From an uncultured Mycoplasmatota bacterium (GTDB taxonomy: Bacteria; Bacillota_I; Bacilli_A; RF39; UBA660): a stretch of DNA of 64,000 nt. The position numbers and the translations under genes were made by a program. Below, piece after piece: positions 1-8,219 of the stretch (position 1 is its first letter; every line of letters starts with the position of its first letter). Location of the stretch: the NCBI GenBank assembly GCA_900551455.1, contig URVV01000004.1, forward strand, positions 18,165 to 82,164. The letters run 5' to 3'. A model generated the notes under the pieces. The model was given only the letters and a program-made list of their open reading frames with translations, was not told where the DNA came from and made no database searches.

Positions 1-820
1 GGAACCCTAATTCAATAGAGTTCTCCCCCTTTGATGCTTTATTATCACTGCACACCACTGCTGCATCGAAATTATATCTACTTTGTGCAGCCCATTCTGT
101 TAGTGATTGACTTGCCAATGCTATTGAAGGAACTAAAAATAAGACATTCCCTTTTCCTTTTAATTGTTCCTCTGCAATTCTTAAACTAGTGAATGTTTTA
201 CCAGTTCCACAAGCCATTATTAATTTACCACGGTCGTATTTTTCAAAGCCTTTAAGTACATCACTAATAGCATCAATTTGATGTTTTCTTGGATTCTTCT
301 TATCTATTGTTTCCATTTTTTTAGACATTAAAGAATACTTTTTCCAGTCAATTTGTGAATCAAGCAAGTCTGCAATGCCCAATCTGCCAACTTGAGGGTC
401 TTGTCCTCTTAATTCTAAGTCAGCATTTTTATTATATTTATCTGTAGTAGAAGCAATTAATCTATAACTAAATTTCTTTGAAATACCATCTACATCAAAA
501 GTTTTAGAAGATGCAGCTAAAAAAGTATCTACATCATCTTTTGTTATAGTGTGTTCTTCATCATAAAATTTACATTGAATAGCCCAATAATCATTAGTAA
601 ATGTTTTTGCAACTAAATCTATACCAATATCTCCAACATTATCTCTATATGGAAAATCTTTCCACATCCAAACATTAGATAATGTTTGCATATATTTTGG
701 TTCTGATTCTAAAAACATTTTTATAAGTTTTTCAAAAGCAGTTCCTTTATCTCTTTCGTTACCAAATAACCCCCTTAATTCATTCAATAACTCAGTTATT
801 GTCATTTGTTCATTCATCAT
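1..820 (-). CDS. N-terminal part (truncated by window edge) of a large Mrr-type nuclease + SF2 helicase protein, Type ISP restriction-modification-like
   Basis: Not in the ORF track because it runs off the window. My translation from ATG at 820 (GGTG SD at 823-828) reads MMNEQMTITELLNELRGLFGNERDKGTAFEKLIK...DIGIDLVAKTFTNDYWAIQCKFY (Mrr-like D...QxK nuclease core), then ...GKLIMACGTGKTFTSLRIAEE (Walker A / helicase motif I). Confidence 0.6.
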   Translation of the reverse strand, partial: MMNEQMTITELLNELRGLFGNERDKGTAFEKLIKMFLESEPKYMQTLSNVWMWKDFPYRDNVGDIGIDLVAKTFTNDYWAIQCKFYDEEHTITKDDVDTFLAASSKTFDVDGISKKFSYRLIASTTDKYNKNADLELRGQDPQVGRLGIADLLDSQIDWKKYSLMSKKMETIDKKNPRKHQIDAISDVLKGFEKYDRGKLIMACGTGKTFTSLRIAEEQLKGKGNVLFLVPSIALASQSLTEWAAQSRYNFDAAVVCSDNKASKGENSIELGF

Positions 821-927
821 ATCACCTCAAAGTTTTACTTCTACTTATTAAGTATAACATAAAAATCGATAAATTTCGAGAATTTGAGATAATAAAAAGG
901 AAGAATTTTAATTTCTTCCATAATAAT

Positions 928-1185
928 TCATTCAATATCTCTAAATAAGTCAGGTACTTCGATATTTAACCAATGACATATAATACATACTTCTTTAAGT
1001 GTTATTCTTTTAGCTTTACCACTTAATATATTCATAAGTCTTTGAGGTGATATATCAGGATTCACTTTTGCTATTAGATATTCAACTGCTTTTATATCAG
1101 GACAAGTCTTTTTAAATTCTTCGTCATTATCCATTTTATCAAGATATTTTAAGATTTCAACTGATATTTTTTGATATATATTCAT
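928..1185 (-). CDS. small XRE/Cro-like HTH protein
   Basis: 85 aa. C-terminal ...KRITLKEVCIICHWLNIEVPDLF resembles the HTH_3 recognition helix region. Confidence 0.4.
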   Translation of the reverse strand: MNIYQKISVEILKYLDKMDNDEEFKKTCPDIKAVEYLIAKVNPDISPQRLMNILSGKAKRITLKEVCIICHWLNIEVPDLFRDIE

Positions 1186-1193
1186 ATTAATAT

Positions 1194-1346
1194 TTAATTC
1201 CTTTCATTATTTACTTTTAATTCTTCAATTATTTCTTTAATTTCACTTGTCTTTTCTAATATTTGTTTTAAATTATCAACACTACTAAATTCTATATCAT
1301 TAATCTTATTTGTTATATCAGCTAATGATTTAGATATATCTTTCAT
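1194..1346 (-). CDS. hypothetical 50-aa protein
   Basis: Below the track cutoff. ATG at 1346 is preceded by GGAGGTG. Translation is MKDISKSLADITNKINDIEFSSVDNLKQILEKTSEIKEIIEELKVNNERN. Confidence 0.3.
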   Translation of the reverse strand: MKDISKSLADITNKINDIEFSSVDNLKQILEKTSEIKEIIEELKVNNERN

Positions 1347-1543
1347 ATTCCTACACCTCCTAAGTTTATATCCATTATATCGTGTATTTTTTATTTGTCA
1401 GTGCTTTTTATTTAAATTATTAAAACTTAATTATAGCTTGTTTATTCACAAAATATGGAGTTTTAACTAATTCTAATATATTTATACTATTTTATTATTT
1501 CTATGAGAATATGATACTCCAAACAAGACCACAGGACTTATTA

Positions 1544-2200
1544 TCAAGATTCATCATCATCAAAGTCCCACAATGATATATCTTGAGTAATATATCTAAG
1601 ATTATTAATAAGACTAATCTTAAGATAATTAAATTTATCATCTATTGAATTACCATACTCATCTTTATTATTATTTAATTTTAAATGTTTAAGTATATAA
1701 TTGGTACACATATAAATTAACTGATAATCATATTCTTGATTCAACTCCTTATACATTTCTTCATATTTATTTATTTCAAAGTCATCTTTACTAATATAAC
1801 GACGTCTAATTAATTCTTTTGTATAACCGCTTATAAGTGTTTCATCTATTTCATCTTTATTATTTATTTTATTTATTATATCTTTATTTTCCATATCCCG
1901 TATATTGGGATATGGTAATTCATATATAGCATAATCATACTTAACAAATCTTCCTTTATCATCTCTTATAGACTTTCTAATTAAATAGTTTTTGGATTCT
2001 AACTCTTTTAATAACCTATGGATAGTATTTTTACTTTCTTTAACAAGAGAAGCAAGTCCTACTGTAGAATAAGACCAATCATTAGGAAGTGATAACATAG
2101 TTATTAATAGTGCTTTAGCTGCTAGACTTAAATCTTTATCTTTTAATAATTCATTAGATATTCTTGTATAATTAATTTTATTTTCTTCTCTAAAGACCAT
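1544..2200 (-). CDS. winged-helix DNA-binding protein, replication-initiator/DnaD-N-like, typical of mobile elements
   Basis: 218 aa. N-terminal YTRISNELLKDKDLSLAAKALLITMLSLPNDWSYSTVGLASLVKESKNTIHRLLKELESKNYLIR pattern. SD GGAGGGTG lies upstream. Confidence 0.5.
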   Translation of the reverse strand: MVFREENKINYTRISNELLKDKDLSLAAKALLITMLSLPNDWSYSTVGLASLVKESKNTIHRLLKELESKNYLIRKSIRDDKGRFVKYDYAIYELPYPNIRDMENKDIINKINNKDEIDETLISGYTKELIRRRYISKDDFEINKYEEMYKELNQEYDYQLIYMCTNYILKHLKLNNNKDEYGNSIDDKFNYLKISLINNLRYITQDISLWDFDDDES

Positions 2201-2492
2201 ACTATCACACCCTCCGTGATGGTATATTTTAACGTATTTTTATAAATATCTGGATAGGACATTAAGATTTTTTTCTCTCTTATTCAAAGGTAGCATTATT
2301 TTTGTGATAATGTGATAGACTGTATTTCTTTAATATAAATAAAAAAATACCACTTCAAATATGAGTAGTATAGTGTTATAATTCATTATAGTTATAAAAA
2401 CAAATATCTAGGTCGACATAGTAAGTAACTTCATGTGTTTTATGGTGAGCATACCTACATAATCTAGTAAAGATAAACGCTTCCTTTTTGTA

Positions 2493-3340
2493 CACATTAT
2501 ATGTATTGAAGGTGCTTTAGCTTTAAGTTTAACTCCATACCTACCACCTTGTTTAATAATTTCCGGAGTTTCTAATTTCATATCTGCAAGAGTTGGTGAA
2601 GCAATTCCGTATCCCGTCTGTTTAACCGTTTTAAGAGCTGACTTAATTTGGTCATACTCAGTTTTAGTCTCATTAAATTCCTGAAATAAACTAAGTAAGT
2701 CTGCTTTAGAACTAATATCCACGTTAATAATTTCATTAAGTACCTGCCCATATAACTCTTTTGGAGCCGACAAATTAATTGTTACTTCCCCCGTTGAAGT
2801 GTCTACATCCGACAAATAAGCTTTATCTATATATTCACAATCATTAAAGTATTCTGTAATTGAATCAACCTCTCTAATTTTATCAATAGATAATACACTC
2901 TCTTTAATCTTCTCAATATAACACTTCTTTACATAATGTTGAGGATTTAATATAGATATCCAATCAGGAATATTTACTTTAACCTCAACAACCGGGAACT
3001 CATATAACGCCTCTTTCAATATATTATACATATCTCTTTCTTGCATTAATTCAACATTAATAGGTAATACTGGAACCCCATACTTATTTTTAAGTTCTAA
3101 AGTTAAGTTATTTGCCTCTTGACTTCCAGGATTAGCTGTATTTAAAAGAATAATAAAAGGTTTTCCTATTTCCTTTAACTCGTTGACCACCGTCTCTTCA
3201 GCTTCAACATAATTATTTCTTTTAAATTCCCCAAAAGATCCATCCGAAGTAACAACAATTCCAATAGTAGAATGTTCCTTAATAACCTTCTCAGTTCCAA
3301 TCTCGGCAGCCTCTACAAAAGGAATTGGTTCACTATACCA
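2493..3340 (-). pseudogene. spoIVA: spoIVA internal segment (stage IV sporulation protein A), bounded by foreign DNA on both sides
   Basis: Continuous frame YSEPIPFVEAAEIGTEKVIKEHSTIGIVVTSDG...ELKEIGKPFIILLN...LYEFPVVEVKVNIPDWI...TEYDQIKSALKTVKQTGYGIASPTLADMKLETPEIIKQGGRYGVKLKAKAPSIHIM. It is colinear with B. subtilis SpoIVA (...TPWYEEPIPFHEAAEIG...APSIHMIKVDV...). After IHIM the frame runs into unrelated CTKRKRLSLLD...* (stop at 2408). Confidence 0.85.
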
Positions 3341-3408
3341 GTATGACCTGTTTTTGTGATACCTAATTTTATTTTTAAAAATTGCTTGGAAGCAACTCGT
3401 ATTTTTAC

Positions 3409-4995
3409 CTATATTAATACTTCACTTTTTTTAATTCTATAATGAATTTCTAGTTTTTTATCTTTCGTTACATATATTTTATCTATTAATCTATTCATGA
3501 TTTCTCTTGTTGGATTTTTCATATCTAGAAAACTTTTAATAATATCTAAATATTCTACATAACAAGAAGAATCATCATTAATACTAGATATTTCATTTTG
3601 TAATTGTTCTAGTTTATCTTTTGCAGTTTTAATATCTTCTTCAGTAGCATTAAATAATCTTTGATAAGTTTCTACACTTATAACATTATTAAATTTATCA
3701 TCATATAAAGAGTCTTGTTTTCTTTTTAAATCATTTATTGTATGATTTAATTCTTCTATCTTTTTTAGTTTATCTGCTTTTGGATCAACATATTGGCTTT
3801 TAATAATATTTTCAAATTCTTCTTTATCATTAATATATTGATTAGCCATAGTACTTAACTTGTCATAGACTGTGTTTTCTAGTTTTGTATAGTTAATATA
3901 GTGAGAAAAGCATATATCATACTTACTAAACTTACGATAGTTATTACAATTCATTGTGACTCTATCTCTTTTCTTATCATAACTAATACTCATTCTAGCA
4001 CCACAATCTTTACAAAATACTAAATCAGATAAAACATAATCAACATTTCTTCGTTCAGGATTATAATTATTTGATGAATCTTTAATAGATTGTGCGATTT
4101 CAAATGTTTTCCTATCTACAAGTGGTTCGTGTGCATTTTCTTTAATACACCATTCACTTTCAGGAACACTTTTTCTTTTCTTAATCTTATAATTCACTTT
4201 TTGAAATCTGTGTTGAATTAAATCTCCAATATAAACTCTATTTTTGATGATATTACTGACAGATGTGTGTTTCCATATTTCAGGATGGTCAAATCTATTT
4301 AATTTTGAATCAGAGTATTTATACATAACTGGTGTAGGTAATTCTTCTCTTGTTAGTATTTCAGCAATTTGTGAGCTACCATAACCTGCAACATATAAAT
4401 CAAAAATTCTTTTTACTACAGGAGCAGTTTCTGGATCAGGTACTAGTTTGTGTTTGTCTAAAGGATCTCTCATATAACCATAAGGTGCAGAACTTCCACA
4501 AAACTTTCCATCTTTTTTCATTTGAAGTAAGTTTGAACGAACTTTTTTAGAAATATCTTTTGCATACATATCATTCATACTTAATCTAAATGGCATCATA
4601 TCAGAGCCACTTGTTTCAAAAAAAGTATCTATATCATCGTTTACGGCAACATATCTAACATCGTTTTCTGGGAAAAATGTTTCAACATAATAACCAGTCA
4701 TTATATGGTCACGACCTAATCTTGATAAATCTTTAGTAATAACCATGTTTATTTTTCCATTTTCAATGTCATTTAACATTCTCTTAAACTCTGGGCGTTC
4801 AAAATTTGTTCCTGTATAACCATCATCTACATAAATATCAACTGCAACTAATCCTTGTGCTTTTAAATAACCAATTAATAAACTTCTTTGATTAGTGACA
4901 CTTTCTGATTCCATATCATCACCATCTTCACGAGATAGTCTTATATAAATGGCTATTTTAAAAATCGTATTGTCTATTGCATATCTACTATACAT
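3409..4995 (-). CDS. large serine recombinase (element A integrase/excisionase)
   Basis: 528 aa. IAIYIRLSREDGD catalytic-Ser motif with ...ITKDLSRLGRD, a recombinase domain, the Cys pairs CKDCGARMS...MNCNNY, and a coiled-coil tail. SD AAAGGAGA. Confidence 0.9.
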   Translation of the reverse strand: MYSRYAIDNTIFKIAIYIRLSREDGDDMESESVTNQRSLLIGYLKAQGLVAVDIYVDDGYTGTNFERPEFKRMLNDIENGKINMVITKDLSRLGRDHIMTGYYVETFFPENDVRYVAVNDDIDTFFETSGSDMMPFRLSMNDMYAKDISKKVRSNLLQMKKDGKFCGSSAPYGYMRDPLDKHKLVPDPETAPVVKRIFDLYVAGYGSSQIAEILTREELPTPVMYKYSDSKLNRFDHPEIWKHTSVSNIIKNRVYIGDLIQHRFQKVNYKIKKRKSVPESEWCIKENAHEPLVDRKTFEIAQSIKDSSNNYNPERRNVDYVLSDLVFCKDCGARMSISYDKKRDRVTMNCNNYRKFSKYDICFSHYINYTKLENTVYDKLSTMANQYINDKEEFENIIKSQYVDPKADKLKKIEELNHTINDLKRKQDSLYDDKFNNVISVETYQRLFNATEEDIKTAKDKLEQLQNEISSINDDSSCYVEYLDIIKSFLDMKNPTREIMNRLIDKIYVTKDKKLEIHYRIKKSEVLI

Positions 4996-4998
4996 TTT

Positions 4999-5181
4999 TT
5001 ATCTCCTTTCAGTAGACAACACATTCACTTTATTAGTTGAATTAATTATACTATTTTTTGCGTTCGATTTAAATACTTTTGATGAATTTTTATAAGCCAT
5101 ATAATATTTATATATACAACTTTTTAAGACTTCTTTTAAATCACAACCATTACTATCATAAAATTCTAGTGTTTCATACAT
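4999..5181 (-). CDS. hypothetical 60-aa protein translationally coupled to the LSR gene
   Basis: GGAGG SD. The stop lies 3 nt before the LSR ATG. No recognisable motif. Confidence 0.4.
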   Translation of the reverse strand: MYETLEFYDSNGCDLKEVLKSCIYKYYMAYKNSSKVFKSNAKNSIINSTNKVNVLSTERR

Positions 5182-5256
5182 GATTATTCCTCCACAATGA
5201 ATTTTATGTGTAATAGTTTATAAAAATTACTATTCTTCATAAATTATCACACCTTT

Positions 5257-5676
5257 CTATTGATATTCTTTTAGCATATCTTCCATTTCTTTAAGTTCTT
5301 CTTCAGTGGGTGGAATTGCTTCACATCTTTTTCCATCCCAAACTTCAACACCGTCTGAATCAAGTCTTATATGAGGACCTTTTCTTCCGTTCATCATTTC
5401 ATCTTTATTGTCTGATATATCAGTCACAGTAATAAAACTTTGTATTCTTTCATTTGTAATATAAGAATTAAGATAACCTTTAACAAAAACTCTTGTTCCT
5501 TTAACAAAAAAATCTTTATATATTTCATAAAGATTTCGGTTAATATTAAAACTAGCATAAACTTTCCTTTTATCATATTTAAGAGTGGTTAAACCAAACT
5601 TAATATAATCTTTATTATTATCTGTCACATTATTAATAGTTCCAGATATTATAATTTCGTTTAAATCAATTTCCAT
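5257..5676 (-). CDS. hypothetical protein, possibly an OB-fold/SSB-like domain
   Basis: 139 aa. N-terminal LNEIIISGTINNVTD...VFVKGYL loosely resembles SSB OB-fold strands, with an acidic C-terminus. Weak call. Confidence 0.3.
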   Translation of the reverse strand: MEIDLNEIIISGTINNVTDNNKDYIKFGLTTLKYDKRKVYASFNINRNLYEIYKDFFVKGTRVFVKGYLNSYITNERIQSFITVTDISDNKDEMMNGRKGPHIRLDSDGVEVWDGKRCEAIPPTEEELKEMEDMLKEYQ

Positions 5677-5826
5677 TTTTATAACTTCCTTTCTTTTTAA
5701 TCTTTTTAAAGATTTAAATTATTAAAATAATTTTAAATTTATATTATCTATTAATATTATTTATTATATTATTTATTCTGTTAGAAGATACTTGCTATAC
5801 TCACTAGCAGTATCTTGCTATTACAT

Positions 5827-6108
5827 CTAGCAGAAATCTGCTAAATAGATTCTTCTTATATTAGGTTCATTTTCAACTCTAATATATTTTTTTGTTCTTA
5901 ATGATGTTATGCAACTAGTAATCGTTCTTTTAGATACTTTTAAAAGATTACTTAAATACTTATTACTTGCATAACAAAATCCCTCTTGCATAGATAGGGT
6001 ATTAATTAAACCCATTAATAGTTTAGTAGTAGAAGATAGTTCTTCATCTAATAAAACTATTGTAGGCACCTCTATATGCTTTAATTTAGTAATATCGCTA
6101 TTATTCAT
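5827..6108 (-). CDS. winged-helix DNA-binding protein (MGE Rep/DnaD-N-like)
   Basis: The track starts at a TTG (6141). I prefer the ATG at 6108, preceded by AAAGGAAAGGAG. Pattern: LDEELSSTTKLLMGLINTLSMQEGFCYASNKYLSNLLKVSKRTITSCITSLRTKKYI. Confidence 0.5.
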   Translation of the reverse strand: MNNSDITKLKHIEVPTIVLLDEELSSTTKLLMGLINTLSMQEGFCYASNKYLSNLLKVSKRTITSCITSLRTKKYIRVENEPNIRRIYLADFC

Positions 6109-6395
6109 ATTATCAATCTCCTTTCCTTTAAATTTAGGCAATAAAAAAACTTGTAAACACTACTTACAAGTCATACTAATAATGACAATAAAATCCCTGT
6201 GTGAGATAAATCTCACTAAATAGGTTGCTTGAAGTAAAACATACATAACATATTTCAATCCCTTTTATTCTTTTATTTCGTTCTTTGAAATATGTTTTAC
6301 TTCAAACTAGTTCATCTTATATTTCTATAAGATAGGTTCTAATATAAATCTACGAACATTTACTGAACCTTTATTTGTTAGTGATTTAATCTTTT

Positions 6396-6662
6396 CTAAC
6401 AAATCTCGTATGTGTATAATCCTCGGTCGTATTCATTGAACCTTATATATTTGTTATCTTCTAATATTTTTAGGTTCTTCTTGAATCCAACATTTGTTAT
6501 ACTCAATTTCTTTTGAACTCTCCCGATACTTATACTTGTGAATTCACATCTTTGGGATTGTTCCGCACAGAGTATTTTGTATATCAGCTTCGTTTCAAAC
6601 TTGATATTTTTATCTCTCCATACTCTTGGATCAATTAATTCTAGTTGTTTTTTTAATCTCAT
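6396..6662 (-). CDS. small winged-helix DNA-binding protein
   Basis: 88 aa. FETKLIYKILCAEQ...ISIGRVQKKLSITNVGFKKNLKILEDNKYI. GGAGG upstream. Confidence 0.4.
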   Translation of the reverse strand: MRLKKQLELIDPRVWRDKNIKFETKLIYKILCAEQSQRCEFTSISIGRVQKKLSITNVGFKKNLKILEDNKYIRFNEYDRGLYTYEIC

Positions 6663-6844
6663 ACATTTGATTTCCTCCTTTCTTTTTCTATGTTACCCAT
6701 TTAATTTAAAGGTGGGTTCATTTGGAAACATATTTAATATATCATGCTAATTACTATATTGTCAACACTTTTTTACCCATTTATTGAAATTATGTTGACT
6801 TTTTTACCCACTGGGTGTATTATTATGGTGTGAGGTGAATTTCT

Positions 6845-7348
6845 ATGCTAGAAAAAAATATCGGCGAAGTTATTGCTGAAGCTAGAGAAAAGAAAGGTTT
6901 ATCGCAAAGACAACTTGCGAAACTTGCAAAGATTAATAACTCTGAACTTTCTAAAATAGAATCAGGTATAAGAAAAGATCCTAGTCCTAAAATATTAAGA
7001 AAGATAAGTAATATAATAGATGTTAATTATAGTGACTTAATGTATATGATAGGTTTAGGATTAGAAGTGACACAACTTAATTATTTTGTTAAGAGTCATT
7101 ATGCTAGTTTAAATCTAGAACAATTAGATACTGCTGAAATAAATGTTTTAGGAAGTATAGAAAATTCTGAAAGTATAGTTTCTACATGTAAAAAAGAATT
7201 AGAAAAAGATGATTTACCAGAAGAACAAAAAGAGTTATTAATACATACTATCGAAGATCATACATATCAAATTAATTCATCAAAAGAAATAATCAAACTT
7301 ATTCAAAGTTTAAAAGTAAAGGAGAGAAATAAAAATGCTAAAAAGTAA
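6845..7348 (+). CDS. XRE-family HTH transcriptional regulator
   Basis: 167 aa. IAEAREKKGLSQRQLAKLAKINNSELSKIESG is a classic HTH_3. Confidence 0.8.
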   Translation: MLEKNIGEVIAEAREKKGLSQRQLAKLAKINNSELSKIESGIRKDPSPKILRKISNIIDVNYSDLMYMIGLGLEVTQLNYFVKSHYASLNLEQLDTAEINVLGSIENSESIVSTCKKELEKDDLPEEQKELLIHTIEDHTYQINSSKEIIKLIQSLKVKERNKNAKK

Positions 7349-7763
7349 TATAATTAAAAAATTATTAGTAGTAGTGAATTTTATTGTAGGATTATTTTTA
7401 ATACTAACTATCATATTTAATAATAAACTTACTTATTCTTTATATTGGATTTTAATTCCTATTTTAATATTTTTAATTGTAATGTTTATATATGAGGTAG
7501 ATAAAGGGTTAATTGAAATAAATCAAAACGAGGGCAAGTCAATTAGAAGATCATATAATGATATAACAGTTGTATCTACTGTATTCTATGGATTAATATA
7601 TTTAGGAATAGAGTTTATTGATATGATAAATAGTGATGTTAGAAATAATATTTATTTAGTATGTGGTTTCTTTGCAATTACACTTTTATATGAATTATTT
7701 GTATTCATGGCAATTAAGAGTGCTAAAAAAGAAACATCGGAATTACTAAATAAGAAAAAATAA
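7335..7763 (+). CDS. small multi-pass membrane protein
   Basis: 142 aa with about 4 hydrophobic helices. Overlaps the upstream XRE gene by 14 nt. Confidence 0.5.
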   Translation: MLKSNIIKKLLVVVNFIVGLFLILTIIFNNKLTYSLYWILIPILIFLIVMFIYEVDKGLIEINQNEGKSIRRSYNDITVVSTVFYGLIYLGIEFIDMINSDVRNNIYLVCGFFAITLLYELFVFMAIKSAKKETSELLNKKK

Positions 7764-7870
7764 ATTTATGAAGTAAATTTATAATCCTTACTTTTGCATA
7801 GCAAAAGAAAAAAATAACCTTTTACCCTTTCGTTAGATTAGGTATTAGGTTATTTTTATTTAAAGAATAC

Positions 7871-8085
7871 GTGGCACGTTTTGTTGCTTTAGCAATGAAA
7901 GTGGCGATAGTATTCTTTCTTTTTTATGTAGTCGCAAGACAAAATAAAAAAGAGCAACATTCACTTACGATAGTTTGTGAAATGTTGCTTATTGGGTTTC
8001 AAAAGGGTGTCCCTTTGCACACTATTCCTAGTTGGCAAAATGCCGACTTGGTAGTGTGTTACTATCTTGTCTTAAAGATAGTCTT
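7871..8085 (+). other. conserved noncoding module shared with element C (putative oriT or structured RNA)
   Basis: GTGGCACGTTTTG-TTGCtttaGCAA-TGAAAGTGGCGATAG at 7871-7910 matches the minus strand of 48206-48168, with a compensatory stem change. Downstream are GTGTGT (8054-8059) and the hairpin ACTATCTT/AAGATAGT (8061-8082). Confidence 0.5.
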
Positions 8086-8219
8086 TCACGAAAATCCATT
8101 AGTTATGTAATTTCTTTTGGATTTTCGTTTTCAATAGGTTTTGATTTTTATATTTAATTTATTCAGAATATCTTAATATTACGATTTAATCGATAAATTG
8201 TAATTTAGCGAATAGTAAC

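Larger units (their letters stand above)
1..2492. mobile_element. End of a second foreign segment (element B) inserted in spoIVA; extends beyond the window start, recombinase not visible
   Basis: spoIVA homology stops at about 2493 (after ...APSIHIM). Leftwards the content is accessory: winged-helix Rep-like protein, small HTH protein, nuclease-helicase. Confidence 0.5.

Noticed and set aside
4350-4550. Antisense ORFs inside large genes: 4350-4550, 8541-8738, 9121-9333, 10935-11132, 11563-11829, 14523-14708, 18199-18432, 19085-19339, 26528-26755, 31159-31365, 32801-33216, 33802-34041, 36503-36829, 37172-37393, 37537-37800, 38482-38676, 40831-41028, 41307-41606, 41667-41972, 44205-44393, 45050-45274, 47660-48006, 51540-52181, 52649-52858, 56720-56932, 61329-61568, 63251-63466
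   Set aside because: They lie opposite or out of frame to well-supported genes. They are low-complexity and hydrophobic, as expected from AT-rich antisense translation, and have no SD sequences.
5182-5256. Possible sigE/sigK-type mother-cell promoter upstream of the LSR operon of element A (CATAAAAT -10-like)
   Set aside because: The match is partial and the -35 is poor. Such strings are frequent in this AT-rich DNA, so sequence alone cannot support it.
7871-8110. 79-aa ORF in the track (GTG start)
   Set aside because: It coincides with the noncoding module conserved in inverted orientation in element C (48206-47998), where no equivalent ORF exists. It has no SD, and its conservation pattern is structural (a compensatory stem change) rather than codon-like.
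8199-8212. 12-nt identity TAATTTAGCGAA shared with 42271-42282
   Set aside because: Dozens of 12-mer coincidences are expected in 64 kb of AT-rich DNA. There is no flanking similarity and no positional logic.
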